NCBI GenBank assembly: GCA_036339465.1
Contig: JAYZAY010000021.1
Span: 1 to 64,000 of the forward strand
Source: Myxococcota bacterium
GTDB lineage: Bacteria; Myxococcota; XYA12-FULL-58-9; JABJBS01
Length of the DNA: 64,000 nucleotides
Direction of reading: 5' to 3'
Position numbers and translations under genes: made by a program
In this document: piece after piece, positions 10,058-20,800 of the stretch
Numbering within the stretch: position 1 is the stretch's first letter
Layout: every line of letters starts with the position of its first letter
Notes under the pieces: model-generated
Seen by the model: only the letters and a program-made list of their open reading frames with translations
Databases searched by the model: none
What the model was told of the DNA's origin: nothing

Positions 10058-12085
10058 TTGGAGCAACCAATGAAGAGAGCAAAAACCTCGCAGGTTCGGA
10101 ATCAATCCTGCCTAGGTCACCCCCAAGAAACATCCAGCGATTCCCCACTCCAAAGGATTCGAAGGCTCCTAAAAGTAGGGATCTACGTAGGGCTCATTGC
10201 CGGGGTAATGGTTCCTACATCCTCTACGGCAGCCTCGAAAGTGCCATCAAGAAACAAGAGCAACACAACGAGCGTTGTTGCTAATCGGGCGGTGGTCGAG
10301 AAACCGACTCAAGCCATGACATCGGTCAAAAACGGTCCTTGGATCCGAAAGACTTTTCGTGACCATGAGGGTGGAATTTCCCGTGTTTTGGCTGAAATTG
10401 CTCCACTCGAGGTCTCGACAGACCTAGAGACCTTCGCCCCCATCTGGGCTCAAGATTCAAGGCTAATCGTTAGAATCAACAACGATGCTTCTGGCATCAC
10501 CGAAACCGTTTTGCCCGAAGTCGCCGACGAAACCGGAATTGAACACATAACCTTTCCGGATCAAACGGTCGTCCACGACTACGCTCCAAGCTGGCTCACC
10601 GGAACATTAAAAAGATGTTTTCGGAACAAAAAATTCAAATTAGCAATTGAGGATATCGAGGCAGACGCCCCCATCAAAAGCGATTCCCTTATTGCTGAGT
10701 TCCGAAACAACAAAAAACTACGGACAGATATAGATCTCTCCGGTTTTTCTCTGGATGCGAAACTTGTTTTTACTTGGAATCACCGCGACACATGGTGGTG
10801 TAATACATTCGCCAATGACTATAATCTTAGTGCCAACGTCAATGCCTACGATGTCGGTGGCGAACTAGACGTACAGTTCTCCACTTCCGATTCCCGCATT
10901 AATATTAGCTCCATCGATAAGTTTAACCTGAATGTTGATAATATTTCCTTCGATTCCAACTTCCTTAATTCGGTGGTTAATTTGGGATTAACCGTGGTCG
11001 ATATGTTCGCAGATGTTGGATGTTCAAGCCTAACCTCCTGTGTAAACATGGTCATCGACGATTTGGTAGAAGATAATGCCAAACTACAAGATAATCTCGT
11101 CGCCGCGCTAAACGATGCCATAGAGGCACCTGCGGTTGTTTCTGGTGGCATCAGTCAAGACGGTTTCGAGATCGACTACACCGCATCTCTAGATGAGCTC
11201 AGCACTTCCAAATCTAAAGACCGATTGTCAAGCTATTGGAATATCGAAATCGATAGTGATGCAACTGTAGATAGCTGTGCCAATGCATTAAGGAAAACAT
11301 CCTATCAACTCGACCCCTCAAGCTACACCACAAACAGCGACGGAGAAGTTGTCATTCCATATTCATTACTGAGTCAGGTCATCTATAAAATTGGAAAACA
11401 AGGCGTATTTTGCAGTGATTTCGAGTGGGAGATCGACGGCCGAACTCTGAACGCAAGTATCGTCCCCGATGGCGCCTTCAATATTTCCTCTGGCGCGGAT
11501 TCATCCAGCCTAGACGAGACTAACATGGTATTGACCTTTCCAATCAAAGTTACGTTGACCGGCTCTCGGGATATCTCCGGAGAAATTACCGGCGAACTAG
11601 AAATCACCACCACTCTTTCGGTGGATGAGGACGCTTTGGTCCTTAACGTTGATTCAGCAACCTTAGAAGACCTCTCTGGTGCAATTGACATTGACCTCGG
11701 AATCACAACCATTAGCGTTGACCCATCCGACCTCGATTTTGAAATCCAAGATGCGATCGAGGGTGAGCTAGAAGCAAGAATAACATCCTTTGCACTCCTT
11801 CCCAAATTGACCGACGTTTCTGACCTCGGTGACCTTTGCCTGGAAATAGATAGCGTTGATTCGGATGGCGTTTCTGTGGCGGTTGGCTTTGGTTTTGAAC
11901 GAAACAGCAGCTGCTCCACTTCCAGTGGCGGTGGCGGAGGTGGCGGAGGTGGCGGAGGTGGCGGTTGGAAGCGTCCCCTCCCACATGTTTTTGACCTCTT
12001 TCTTCCTGGTGACGACGACGAAAGCGATGACGACGATCTAGAAGGTGGTTTCGGTGCCGAGGCAGAAGAAGCCATAGCGCCTTAG
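10058..12085 (+). CDS. Secreted or anchored acidic beta-rich protein with poly-Gly linker, function unknown
   Basis: 675-aa ORF, hydrophobic N-terminal segment, alternating beta-strand pattern, 13 Gly, acidic tail. Confidence 0.8.
   Translation: MEQPMKRAKTSQVRNQSCLGHPQETSSDSPLQRIRRLLKVGIYVGLIAGVMVPTSSTAASKVPSRNKSNTTSVVANRAVVEKPTQAMTSVKNGPWIRKTFRDHEGGISRVLAEIAPLEVSTDLETFAPIWAQDSRLIVRINNDASGITETVLPEVADETGIEHITFPDQTVVHDYAPSWLTGTLKRCFRNKKFKLAIEDIEADAPIKSDSLIAEFRNNKKLRTDIDLSGFSLDAKLVFTWNHRDTWWCNTFANDYNLSANVNAYDVGGELDVQFSTSDSRINISSIDKFNLNVDNISFDSNFLNSVVNLGLTVVDMFADVGCSSLTSCVNMVIDDLVEDNAKLQDNLVAALNDAIEAPAVVSGGISQDGFEIDYTASLDELSTSKSKDRLSSYWNIEIDSDATVDSCANALRKTSYQLDPSSYTTNSDGEVVIPYSLLSQVIYKIGKQGVFCSDFEWEIDGRTLNASIVPDGAFNISSGADSSSLDETNMVLTFPIKVTLTGSRDISGEITGELEITTTLSVDEDALVLNVDSATLEDLSGAIDIDLGITTISVDPSDLDFEIQDAIEGELEARITSFALLPKLTDVSDLGDLCLEIDSVDSDGVSVAVGFGFERNSSCSTSSGGGGGGGGGGGGGWKRPLPHVFDLFLPGDDDESDDDDLEGGFGAEAEEAIAP
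11927..11965 (+). repeat. (GGTGGCGGA)n coding repeat giving 13 glycines
   Basis: Directly visible 9-bp tandem repeat within the CDS. Confidence 0.9.
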
Positions 12086-12145
12086 AAAACTTCGGTAAAA
12101 GAAAGCACTTCGTAAACACATGCAAATGCATGAATCAAAATAAAA

Positions 12146-12883
12146 ATGGATGAACAACACATAAAGGAAATGAACATGTTAATACCCAAGAATATCTTTT
12201 CAACTCCAAAACTCACCAGTGGACTTATCACTGTAGCATTGATGTTCAATGTCGGATGCGGCGAAGAGCTTCAGGTTTCAGAAAAAGACATGGAACCAGA
12301 AGAAATCAACAGTTCCTCAGAAGAACAATCCCTTTACTTTAATGAAGAGGTAGCACAATTTATCTTCGAAGGCTTGGAAGGGCATCGAGATCTCGATGAA
12401 ACCATCCAATACACAATTCAGATTCCCCAAGAAGACGGAACAATTCGAGAAGATACCATCATTCTTGGATTTGAAGAAGTCATCCAAAAGAAGGGGCAAG
12501 AAGGTGTGCCTACCGGAAGCTTGGCCTTTGGAATGGACTACAGTCTATCCTATTGTGTTTCTGACCGAGAGCATTACGTCTCCAAAACAATTTGGGCCAC
12601 CTCTTGTAGCAAGTCCTCAGCTCGTAGCTCGTCGGATTACTGGTCGGGCTACTATGCCAATAATGCATGTGACAGTGTCCTAGACGTCAGTGATTACGAT
12701 GATGAATGTGACCCACACAGGTTCACAAATAACATCTGTGTCGACGAAACCTATGACGACACCATCTCTGAATATCGTTATGGTAGCAAGGTGTGCGGAG
12801 TTTGGCCTTTCCGCTCCAAGAAGTGGAAAGTGACTCACAAAACTTCGGGTTATTGTGGCTTCAGTTGCAGAGCATCCCTCTAA
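12146..12883 (+). CDS. Cys-rich lipoprotein, function unknown
   Basis: Lipobox NVGC; eight Cys in the C-terminal half; start may be 12170 or 12176 (AAGGA upstream). Confidence 0.8.
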   Translation: MDEQHIKEMNMLIPKNIFSTPKLTSGLITVALMFNVGCGEELQVSEKDMEPEEINSSSEEQSLYFNEEVAQFIFEGLEGHRDLDETIQYTIQIPQEDGTIREDTIILGFEEVIQKKGQEGVPTGSLAFGMDYSLSYCVSDREHYVSKTIWATSCSKSSARSSSDYWSGYYANNACDSVLDVSDYDDECDPHRFTNNICVDETYDDTISEYRYGSKVCGVWPFRSKKWKVTHKTSGYCGFSCRASL

Positions 12884-12894
12884 TTAATAAGCAC

Positions 12895-12914
12895 GGGGTC
12901 GATGATTCGGCCCC
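12895..12914 (+). terminator. Possible terminator hairpin
   Basis: GGGGTCGA-tgat-TCGGCCCC 11 bp after the stop; no U-tract. Confidence 0.4.
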
Positions 12915-13478
12915 ATACCGCCATCTCTCCTTCCCTGGTCCATCCCAATTCCAAATACCGACCTAAAAACTTTCATTTTGGCACGTCGCTCAAACCGCAA
13001 AGTAACGCATTGAAACAAAGACCGATTCAACATTCATGCATTTCTCTTTAGATTTTCTCATGCCAATTCAGAACGGCCGATGACCCGAAACAATCAATGA
13101 ACCGAACCAGTAGGGTTTTATACCGAAAAACGAGGCCTGCATCTCAATGTAATTCCGCTTTCTGCCGAAAGTGATAGAGGTAAACAACTGCATTGGCTCT
13201 CTTTAAAATGAGGAAATGGGCGAGGCCGCAGCTGTGGCATGCACTGCTTCCTCCTCACTACAGAAAAGAGTGAAACCGTTCGTAATTCTTTAGACAGTAA
13301 TTCCCATTCCACCCGGCTTCATCAGCCCGTCAAAAAGATCTGCTATCCCATGGTGGTTCCCAAGTCTCACAAGCCCTGAGCAACCCCACGGCCATACCGC
13401 AAGACAATCACAACAATATCCACCCCTTAAGCCTGCAGGTACTGATAAATCTGCTGCTAAATTAGCGTCCATTTCCAC

Positions 13479-13505
13479 TCAAGCCACCGCCCAATTCGTC
13501 GATAT
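13479..13505 (+). promoter_or_regulatory. Sigma-28 (FliA)-like promoter
   Basis: TCAA-N15-GTCGATAT versus consensus TAAA-N15-GCCGATAA, upstream of the methyltransferase operon. Confidence 0.5.
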
Positions 13506-13591
13506 CTCTCCGACGAGACTCAGACACCCATGGAAGAAGCTCAGCGGTTAATTTCTGCCCCCAAGCTTCAACCCAACGGAGAGGATTATCC

Positions 13592-15037
13592 TTGCCAAAG
13601 ATTTCACCACCTCTCTCGAACCAAGTTTCGAATGAGCAAGAGTCAGAGGTTCGTCGCCAATATGAAGACTATCCCTTCCCCAGGGTCGTGCCCGATGACG
13701 AAAAACGTCGGTTGGTCGTAACGCCTCAGGATACACTCTCAAAGATCTCTCATTTTTGCTTTGAAGGAAAAGCCAACTTCAATGACAATTTTAGAGTCCT
13801 AGTCGCTGGTGGTGGCACAGGACACGCATTGATTTTCCTCGCCGAGCAACTAAGCGCAACATCCGCCGAAATCGTCTACCTGGATCTGAGCGCACAATCG
13901 ATGCAAATTGCACAAGAGAGGGCCAAGATCCGCAAATTAAGAAACATTCAATGGCACCGCGGTTCTATTCTACAAGCACCCGACTTAAACCTTGGACAAT
14001 TCGACTACATTAATTGTACCGGTGTACTTCACCATCTCCCAGACCCCACTGCTGGTTTACAAGCCCTTAAAAATTGCCTCAAACCCAGCGGTGCCATGGG
14101 GCTCATGGTTTATGGAAAGTATGGTCGAACTGGCATTTATCAAATTCAAGAACTCATGCGGCTAGTTAACAGTGGCCTTACCGACAATTCGAGCAAAGTC
14201 GAAAATACCATAAATATTCTAAAGGATCTTCCAGTCTCCCACTGGCAGCTTAGAGGAAAAGACAAAGAACAATTCCTCGACTCTCATCTCCAAGACCACC
14301 ATGACATCTTTGACCTCTTTCTCCACAGCAAAGATCAAGCCTACAGTGTGCCTGAAGTTTACGACTATATTGAAACATGTGGCCTCAAAGTAAACGCCTT
14401 CACCCATTTTCACCCAGATCCAACCGAATTACTCAAATACGAACCAAGAACCTTCATTAAGGATAAGCCCCTCTTAGAAAGAATACGTTCGTTTCCTAAG
14501 CGCAATCAGATGGCTGTGGCCGAATTACTTAGTGCCGATATCTCCTTACACACCTTCTATGTATCCTTCCGCCACACAGCCACAGCCTGCATCAATAACC
14601 TCGACAACATTCCTTATTTGATTCATGCAACAAGTGACTCTTCCCCAGTCTTCTCCACTGAAAGCTTTGACGATTTATCGAAGAGCGTGGCTCAAAACCC
14701 CAATAAACCCTTGATCATTCGAAACCCAATCGCTCCAAGTATACTCGTACCTTACACGAAATATCTGGCTTCGATTCTACAACACCTCGGTGGTGAAAAT
14801 ACCATCGAAGAAATAATTCAAATGGTACAACGCGAATTTGATGCCCAAAACCGAGAGGCCCACCACCCAACAGACATTCATCGAGAAATTAAACAGCTCT
14901 ATCACGCTCTCCATTCAATTGGCTGGATGTTTCTACGGCACCGAAGTATGCCAGGACCTCCTTGTTTGAGGAAGTTGAACAAGATCAAAACCTCTTCCTT
15001 TGGCCACACCCCTCTCAATTCTCAGGAAATCGTATGA
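13592..15037 (+). CDS. Class I SAM-dependent methyltransferase
   Basis: VRRQYEDYPFP, VLVAGGGTG, YLDLS, FDYINCTGVLHHL, LKPSG; GGAGAGG RBS before TTG. Confidence 0.92.
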   Translation: MPKISPPLSNQVSNEQESEVRRQYEDYPFPRVVPDDEKRRLVVTPQDTLSKISHFCFEGKANFNDNFRVLVAGGGTGHALIFLAEQLSATSAEIVYLDLSAQSMQIAQERAKIRKLRNIQWHRGSILQAPDLNLGQFDYINCTGVLHHLPDPTAGLQALKNCLKPSGAMGLMVYGKYGRTGIYQIQELMRLVNSGLTDNSSKVENTINILKDLPVSHWQLRGKDKEQFLDSHLQDHHDIFDLFLHSKDQAYSVPEVYDYIETCGLKVNAFTHFHPDPTELLKYEPRTFIKDKPLLERIRSFPKRNQMAVAELLSADISLHTFYVSFRHTATACINNLDNIPYLIHATSDSSPVFSTESFDDLSKSVAQNPNKPLIIRNPIAPSILVPYTKYLASILQHLGGENTIEEIIQMVQREFDAQNREAHHPTDIHREIKQLYHALHSIGWMFLRHRSMPGPPCLRKLNKIKTSSFGHTPLNSQEIV

Positions 15038-15948
15038 ATCTCAAAGACATATTCAAAGAGGTTAAACCGTATCAAACAAAAAAAGATTGGCCCTCACTTT
15101 ACGAGTATACCTCGAATCTAAAAAGCGCCGACCTAGCAGGAAACGACATCACCATTTCATTCGCCCATTATTTTCGTTCTCTTGCGGCCTACAATCTAGG
15201 ACAACTAGATGAATCATGGTCCGAAATAAAATTATCCATTCAAGCCATGCCCATCAATCGATATAGCCAGAGACTCCGTGACCGAATCCAAAATGACTAC
15301 GTAGCGAAGGATCCACCCAAGTTGTTTGGAATCGTTTACAGTTGCCAAAAATACCTAGACAGAGCAAAAATTGTTCACGAGAAAATTCGCTCAAGCATTA
15401 CCTCCAAAATCATTGTCGGTAATCCAGATCAACAAGAATTATTCGTAGAAGATGGTGATATTACCTACCTCAAAGTATCCGATAATTACGAATCACTTCC
15501 GCTGAAAACGACTGCAGCATTGGAATATGCATTCTTGCGCTATCCACAGTCAGCTTGTATCAAAATAGATGACGATCTAGACATCCAAAACCCTGATCAA
15601 TTATTTAACAGCGTACAACAAAGCATCGAGAGCAAAAAACATTATTTTGGCCACCTCATGGGAGAAGATCTGCACTGTAAATCGTGGCATTTCGGTAAAT
15701 GTGAAACCCTGAAATTTAACCGACAGCTCTATGGTCGCCCCTATCTCGGACAATGGTGCAATGGCCCATTCTATACACTTTCACGCGAAGCCATTGAAGC
15801 CTTCAATTACTTCAACACCAGGTACCCATCCTATATATCAGGGGAGCTCTTCGAGGATAAGTATGTGGGCGACGTCTTGCGTAATCAAGGCATCATGCCC
15901 ACCCACATAAGTTTTTCTCAACACATCGAATCAAACCAACATGTCTAA
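15034..15948 (+). CDS. GT31-like (beta-1,3-galactosyltransferase type) glycosyltransferase with N-terminal TPR-like helices
   Basis: DNYESLPLKT, KIDDD, NGPFYTLS, EDKYVG; ATGA overlap with the upstream stop sets the start at 15034. Confidence 0.8.
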   Translation: MNLKDIFKEVKPYQTKKDWPSLYEYTSNLKSADLAGNDITISFAHYFRSLAAYNLGQLDESWSEIKLSIQAMPINRYSQRLRDRIQNDYVAKDPPKLFGIVYSCQKYLDRAKIVHEKIRSSITSKIIVGNPDQQELFVEDGDITYLKVSDNYESLPLKTTAALEYAFLRYPQSACIKIDDDLDIQNPDQLFNSVQQSIESKKHYFGHLMGEDLHCKSWHFGKCETLKFNRQLYGRPYLGQWCNGPFYTLSREAIEAFNYFNTRYPSYISGELFEDKYVGDVLRNQGIMPTHISFSQHIESNQHV

Positions 15949-15983
15949 TATCACAAATTGAAACTTATTGCCGGAGAAATGAA

Positions 15984-16931
15984 ATGAATAACAGTCTGCT
16001 GAAAGTTCCATTGGTCACGGTGCTACCAACCGACCGAATCGAAATAGGTATTCCTTCCCGAGGTCGAAATCTGAATCTCGTTTCTCTGCTTCAAGCTCTC
16101 CGGACCCAAACGTTTCAAAACTGGGATTTAACAATCGTCGATGATAATCCCGATGATTCGATGAAAAACTGCTTCTCATTGCATACCACTATCAAATTGC
16201 TCGAAATAGAAGGCCATCGAGTAAGAGTTCTGGAAGGACCCCACACCGGACTCATTTTCGCTCAAAATATCTTACTTACAGCCTGTCGCAAGAAAGTGAT
16301 GGCACGATTGGATGACGATATAATTCCTCAACCAGACTTCATCGAGAAGTTAATGCATCATTTTTATCACGATACCGACCAACGCTTAATTGCCGTTGGC
16401 GGTTCAATTCCCCAAATCGCAACCAACCAAGCAAAAGACTACCAACTGCCACCACAATCCGAACTCCTAGGCTACGCTCCATTTGAATACCCTGAGTTCA
16501 GATACGTTCACCCAACCGGAGCCCAACCAAAACGTGTAAATTCCTTATATTCAAGTTTCTGCTATAAAACGGAAGTATTCAAATATGCGGGTGGTTTCTC
16601 CCACAGTTACTCCCCCATCGCCGAGAAAGAGGATACCGACATTTGTTTACGTTCGGCTTCTCTTGGCGGGCGACTCATCTTCGAACCCAGGGCTTTAGCA
16701 TGGCATCTCAAGGCACCTATGGGTGGTATTCGGAATGTCACAACCGAACAACGTCAAGTATTCTTTCATGAAGATACCTTGAATTTTCGCAAACGTGCCA
16801 ACCAGATCAGACTTAGAGTCTTTGATTATGCCCTAGAGCGAAAAACCAACCTTGAAAATTACGTCAATTGGTTGGGGCTTGAAGACCATCAAAGTGGCTA
16901 CATTCCCCCCCCCATTTCATCCGCTGCCTAA
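15984..16931 (+). CDS. GT2 family glycosyltransferase
   Basis: IGIPSRGR, QTFQNWDLTIVDD, LDDD, GGF...EDTDICLR. Confidence 0.9.
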   Translation: MNNSLLKVPLVTVLPTDRIEIGIPSRGRNLNLVSLLQALRTQTFQNWDLTIVDDNPDDSMKNCFSLHTTIKLLEIEGHRVRVLEGPHTGLIFAQNILLTACRKKVMARLDDDIIPQPDFIEKLMHHFYHDTDQRLIAVGGSIPQIATNQAKDYQLPPQSELLGYAPFEYPEFRYVHPTGAQPKRVNSLYSSFCYKTEVFKYAGGFSHSYSPIAEKEDTDICLRSASLGGRLIFEPRALAWHLKAPMGGIRNVTTEQRQVFFHEDTLNFRKRANQIRLRVFDYALERKTNLENYVNWLGLEDHQSGYIPPPISSAA

Positions 16932-17076
16932 TTCTAACCCCGTCTTCAAATACCCAAGCATCGCATGTGCCCTTCAAATACGAGCCCATCAATGTTCTAA
17001 GCTTCCCTAGACCGTATATCGACATCATCCGATAAATCCTCTAGGTTGGCACTCATTCACAAGCAGAGAGACACCT

Positions 17077-17814
17077 ATGACGATTCTCATCACCCTCCTC
17101 ACCTTCAGCTACCTCACAACTCCTTCGAATCCTCATCCAGACGACGTTCTCAAGAATCTTAACTCAAAAGATGCAATAATCAGAAGCAAAGCCGCATCCA
17201 TCTATGCAAAAAATTGTCGCTCCGGGCGCTCGCGCCACCTCTTCCGGAGACACCGAGCCATGAATGCTGCCTTCGCCAAAACCCTCGGGGATCCGGATTC
17301 TACGGTTCGGCTCAATGGCATTGAAATGTCTGTTTGCCTTCAACCGAACAAAGCAATCGAAAAATTAAACCCCAAAGTCAGTGACCACGCGGCACAAGTG
17401 AGCCTCGCGGCAATGACTCGGCTCGCCCACTTAGAAAACCCCCTCGGAAGCGCGGCCGTCATCCTATGGCTTACAAAACACCAAACCCCCTGCCTGAATG
17501 GGCAATCTGACCTTCTAGAAAGGTGTATTTTTGCGGCCTATACCCTTGGCCAAACTTCGCAACACGAACCCCCAGGCGCCGCCACACGATTAAAGGTAAG
17601 CCAAACTCTCAGAAGATTCATAGCAGCTCCATCCGCGAAATTAAGAGAAGTAAGTGTGGTTGCACTTTCTCTCGCTGGGCACCGAAACGACACCGAATCC
17701 ATTTTAAGATTAATCGCTCAAGAAAAAGCAGGCGTCTTCAAAAACCAAAACTCACCAGCGACGATTTCCCAGTTTGAGTCCATTGCTCGACAATTGAAAC
17801 AATCGAAGGAGTAG
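17077..17814 (+). CDS. Secreted HEAT-repeat-like protein
   Basis: Signal-like N-terminus; L.D.D..VR-type helical repeats. Confidence 0.65.
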   Translation: MTILITLLTFSYLTTPSNPHPDDVLKNLNSKDAIIRSKAASIYAKNCRSGRSRHLFRRHRAMNAAFAKTLGDPDSTVRLNGIEMSVCLQPNKAIEKLNPKVSDHAAQVSLAAMTRLAHLENPLGSAAVILWLTKHQTPCLNGQSDLLERCIFAAYTLGQTSQHEPPGAATRLKVSQTLRRFIAAPSAKLREVSVVALSLAGHRNDTESILRLIAQEKAGVFKNQNSPATISQFESIARQLKQSKE

Positions 17815-17890
17815 ATTTCCAAACCACCTCTAAACCTCAGCCACGAGACGAGAAAGCCTCCGTTATGGGCACGAACACCATCCTCCTGCA

Positions 17891-20800
17891 TCAAGCCTCA
17901 CCCAACACTTTAGAACTGGCGCTCAACAGAGAGCTGAAGCAACGATAATTTTCTATCACGCCCCGATCTAAATCAAAATCACTCATCTTCCATTCATGGG
18001 CTTCTAGTTCTTCACTCATTTTTCGAAGTTCATCTATTTTTTCGTGAACTCCATTTTTCTTAGGCAAACGCTTAGGGGTTTTCTCCAAGTCAGCGTAAAG
18101 GGCTAGAATTAAGGGCTCCACATATCTTTCCCGAATCACCGACAAGGTCTTTGGATTGATCCCGTGCACATAAACCAAACATTCAAAGGACCGCAATTTC
18201 CCCGAACTTACCTTCCAATAAATCGGTCGTCTCTTATACTTCTGGAGATGGTCCTTATAAAATCCATTCTCCTGAGTGAAATAGCGTTGTATCGTTCTCT
18301 GGGGAGATTCTCCTCCTCTTGGTCCCAGAATTCCTGCAATGAAACTCAAGCACGAAAGGGTGTTCGTATGGCCCCATACAAGGGAGATAAAACCTTCGAG
18401 TCTGGACGCGGCCTCATCTGGAAATTGGCCCTGGCTAAGAGGGATAATCCCATCTTGAACCGAATATCCTAAATCATTACCAGCAAGGTGATCTGGCCCA
18501 ACACCATCACCCACAATCATTAACCCTGGTCGCTTCAACGAGTAGCGCCCCATGAAACAACCAATAGCATACGAAATGAAATCTTTAATTGCATCCTGCA
18601 GAAATAGCGCCTTATACTCTTTTTTCTGAAGCCCACGACCATAGCGATAAACCGGATTCATCATGAGCGTAATTTCAGCGAGGGAGACCTCCGTGCCCAC
18701 TTCACCCTTCAAACCATAATGCTCCACTAAAGCACAATTATTGGCTATTTCTAAAACACGCAAACGTTCGGTTGTTTCCAAATTATATTGATATTGATGG
18801 TGTAATGAAGATTCGATGTCTACACCCGCGACTCCATCAACGCCCCGAGGCAACCACGGTAATGTCTCGAAATCCCAGCTTAGCTCCGAGCTGTTCCAGT
18901 CCTCTCGAGCAATGGCAACCATACTCTTCAAGCGTTCATGACCATCCACATGCAGCCTGCCAACCGGTAGCTTCGAAATCGCACCCTGCTCGAAATTAAG
19001 AGTCTGAGAAAACACCTGAATACATTCCTGAGCAACACTTGAATTTAGATACCCCAAAAGCCCAAGCAACTGTGACTCATCCTCGTGGAGAATAAACATT
19101 CCTGCCTCGCTAGGAATAGAACCTTCATCGCAAATCCGTACGGCAAAATAGCTCGAAGAAATCTTCGTCCAAGTCAGACCTTGCTTGAAATACACACGCT
19201 CGTTTTGTGGGCGAGATTTTCGACGACCAGAATCATCACGATAACTCTTAACCCGACACCCATTGTCCTCCCAATCCACAACAAAAAGGTGATTTCCGTA
19301 CCATTTGCGATAATCACCTCCCTTTAAATACGGAAACCATCGCGCCGTTTTAGGCCCTGGCTTTCTCCCTGGCCTGTAAATTTTTCGAGAATCCACCTCA
19401 AACCAATATCGGACAAACTTTGGAGTATCTCCCGTTATAAGACCCTGCTTAACTTCAAAGCCATCACTCAAATGTTTTCGCGTTTCGAAAAGAGACTGTA
19501 GACCTTTGCCCAAAAAATACCCGAGACTTTTTTGCGGAAAGCTATTGAAGAAGGATGATTTCCTCCGGAATAGCCAGCCACAATTGGGATTCACAATCGC
19601 CTCAAGGGTTCTCGGGCCTTGTTGATCCACACCTTTAAATCCAGAAAGCCGGACATAGCCTGCTTGATAATGGCTGTCGTGCTTATTTTGGAATGTAAAA
19701 CAACAAATAGGGACAGTCGCCCCGGCAAAAGCCGAATACTCCAATTGCACCACACTTGTAATTGTGGCGGAATCTAGGAGCTGATACCGCAATGCCGCAT
19801 AGGACCCAATAAACATCCAAACAAAGGGTGTCATAAAACCCAAATGGCCTTCTTCTTTTACAAGCTTTCGACAACGAACAATAAAGGCAGAAAAAAGATC
19901 TGCCTGGTAACCGGAAAAATATTCCGTTAAGTACCGACGCACGACATCCGGTTGGTGTTTGCGTCCCATAAACGGGGGGTTGGCAATGATAACATCGTGC
20001 TCACGACACAGAACCTGAGCAACCTCGAGAAGAGTCAGAAGCTTCGGGTTTGCTCGCCCAAAAAAGGCCAATTTCCCTTTCTCACATGATTCCCGTAGTT
20101 CGGGCAAACACCGCTGTAATTTCTGCGGAACTTCAATAAGAGAGCCCAATAATGGCGCGGCCTCAAACACCGCTGCAAGCTCTCCCAACAAAACACCCTC
20201 TCGCCCTAGTGGTGCAAGCATCGACTCTACCACGAGAGTCGATGTATCGGGATAGGCCCACAAACTCAGGCTAGGCTGCCGCTCAAGGATCCCTGGATCA
20301 TCGAGGTTGGCACGCAACAAAAGAACCGTCTCGGCCAATCTAATTGCACGCTCATCGATATCGAGACCGACTAAATTGTTTTCAAGTATGAGGGACGCTG
20401 CCTCGATCAAATCATAGCCTGCTTTTAAGTAAGCCTCCCTCATCACCTCATAAGCATCCAACAACAAATGGCCTGTGCCGGCAGCGGGGTCCAAAATTGT
20501 CATTTCGGTAAGGTCAAGCTGTCCACACCCAAAGGTATCTGAAGGTGACGGTAAAAGATAATTAAGCCTAAGGCCATCTCTACTAGACGCGACTCTCGTT
20601 TTGAGATATCTCCCCAGGCTATTGTGCACCAGGTATCTCGAGACCCACTTGGGAGTAAAAAGTTGGGTAACCACAGCCAATTCACGCGCACTCGAAACCC
20701 TGCCCGAGACTTGTTTTTTGTCATAATCAACAAAGCCTTGAAAGCACCAACCCAAAATCTCACAATTTCTCCAGAGTTCCTCCGGAAGACCAAAACAAAA

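Noticed and set aside
11383..12131. Antisense poly-Pro and RHL-repeat ORFs
   Set aside because: Shadows of the poly-Gly coding repeat.
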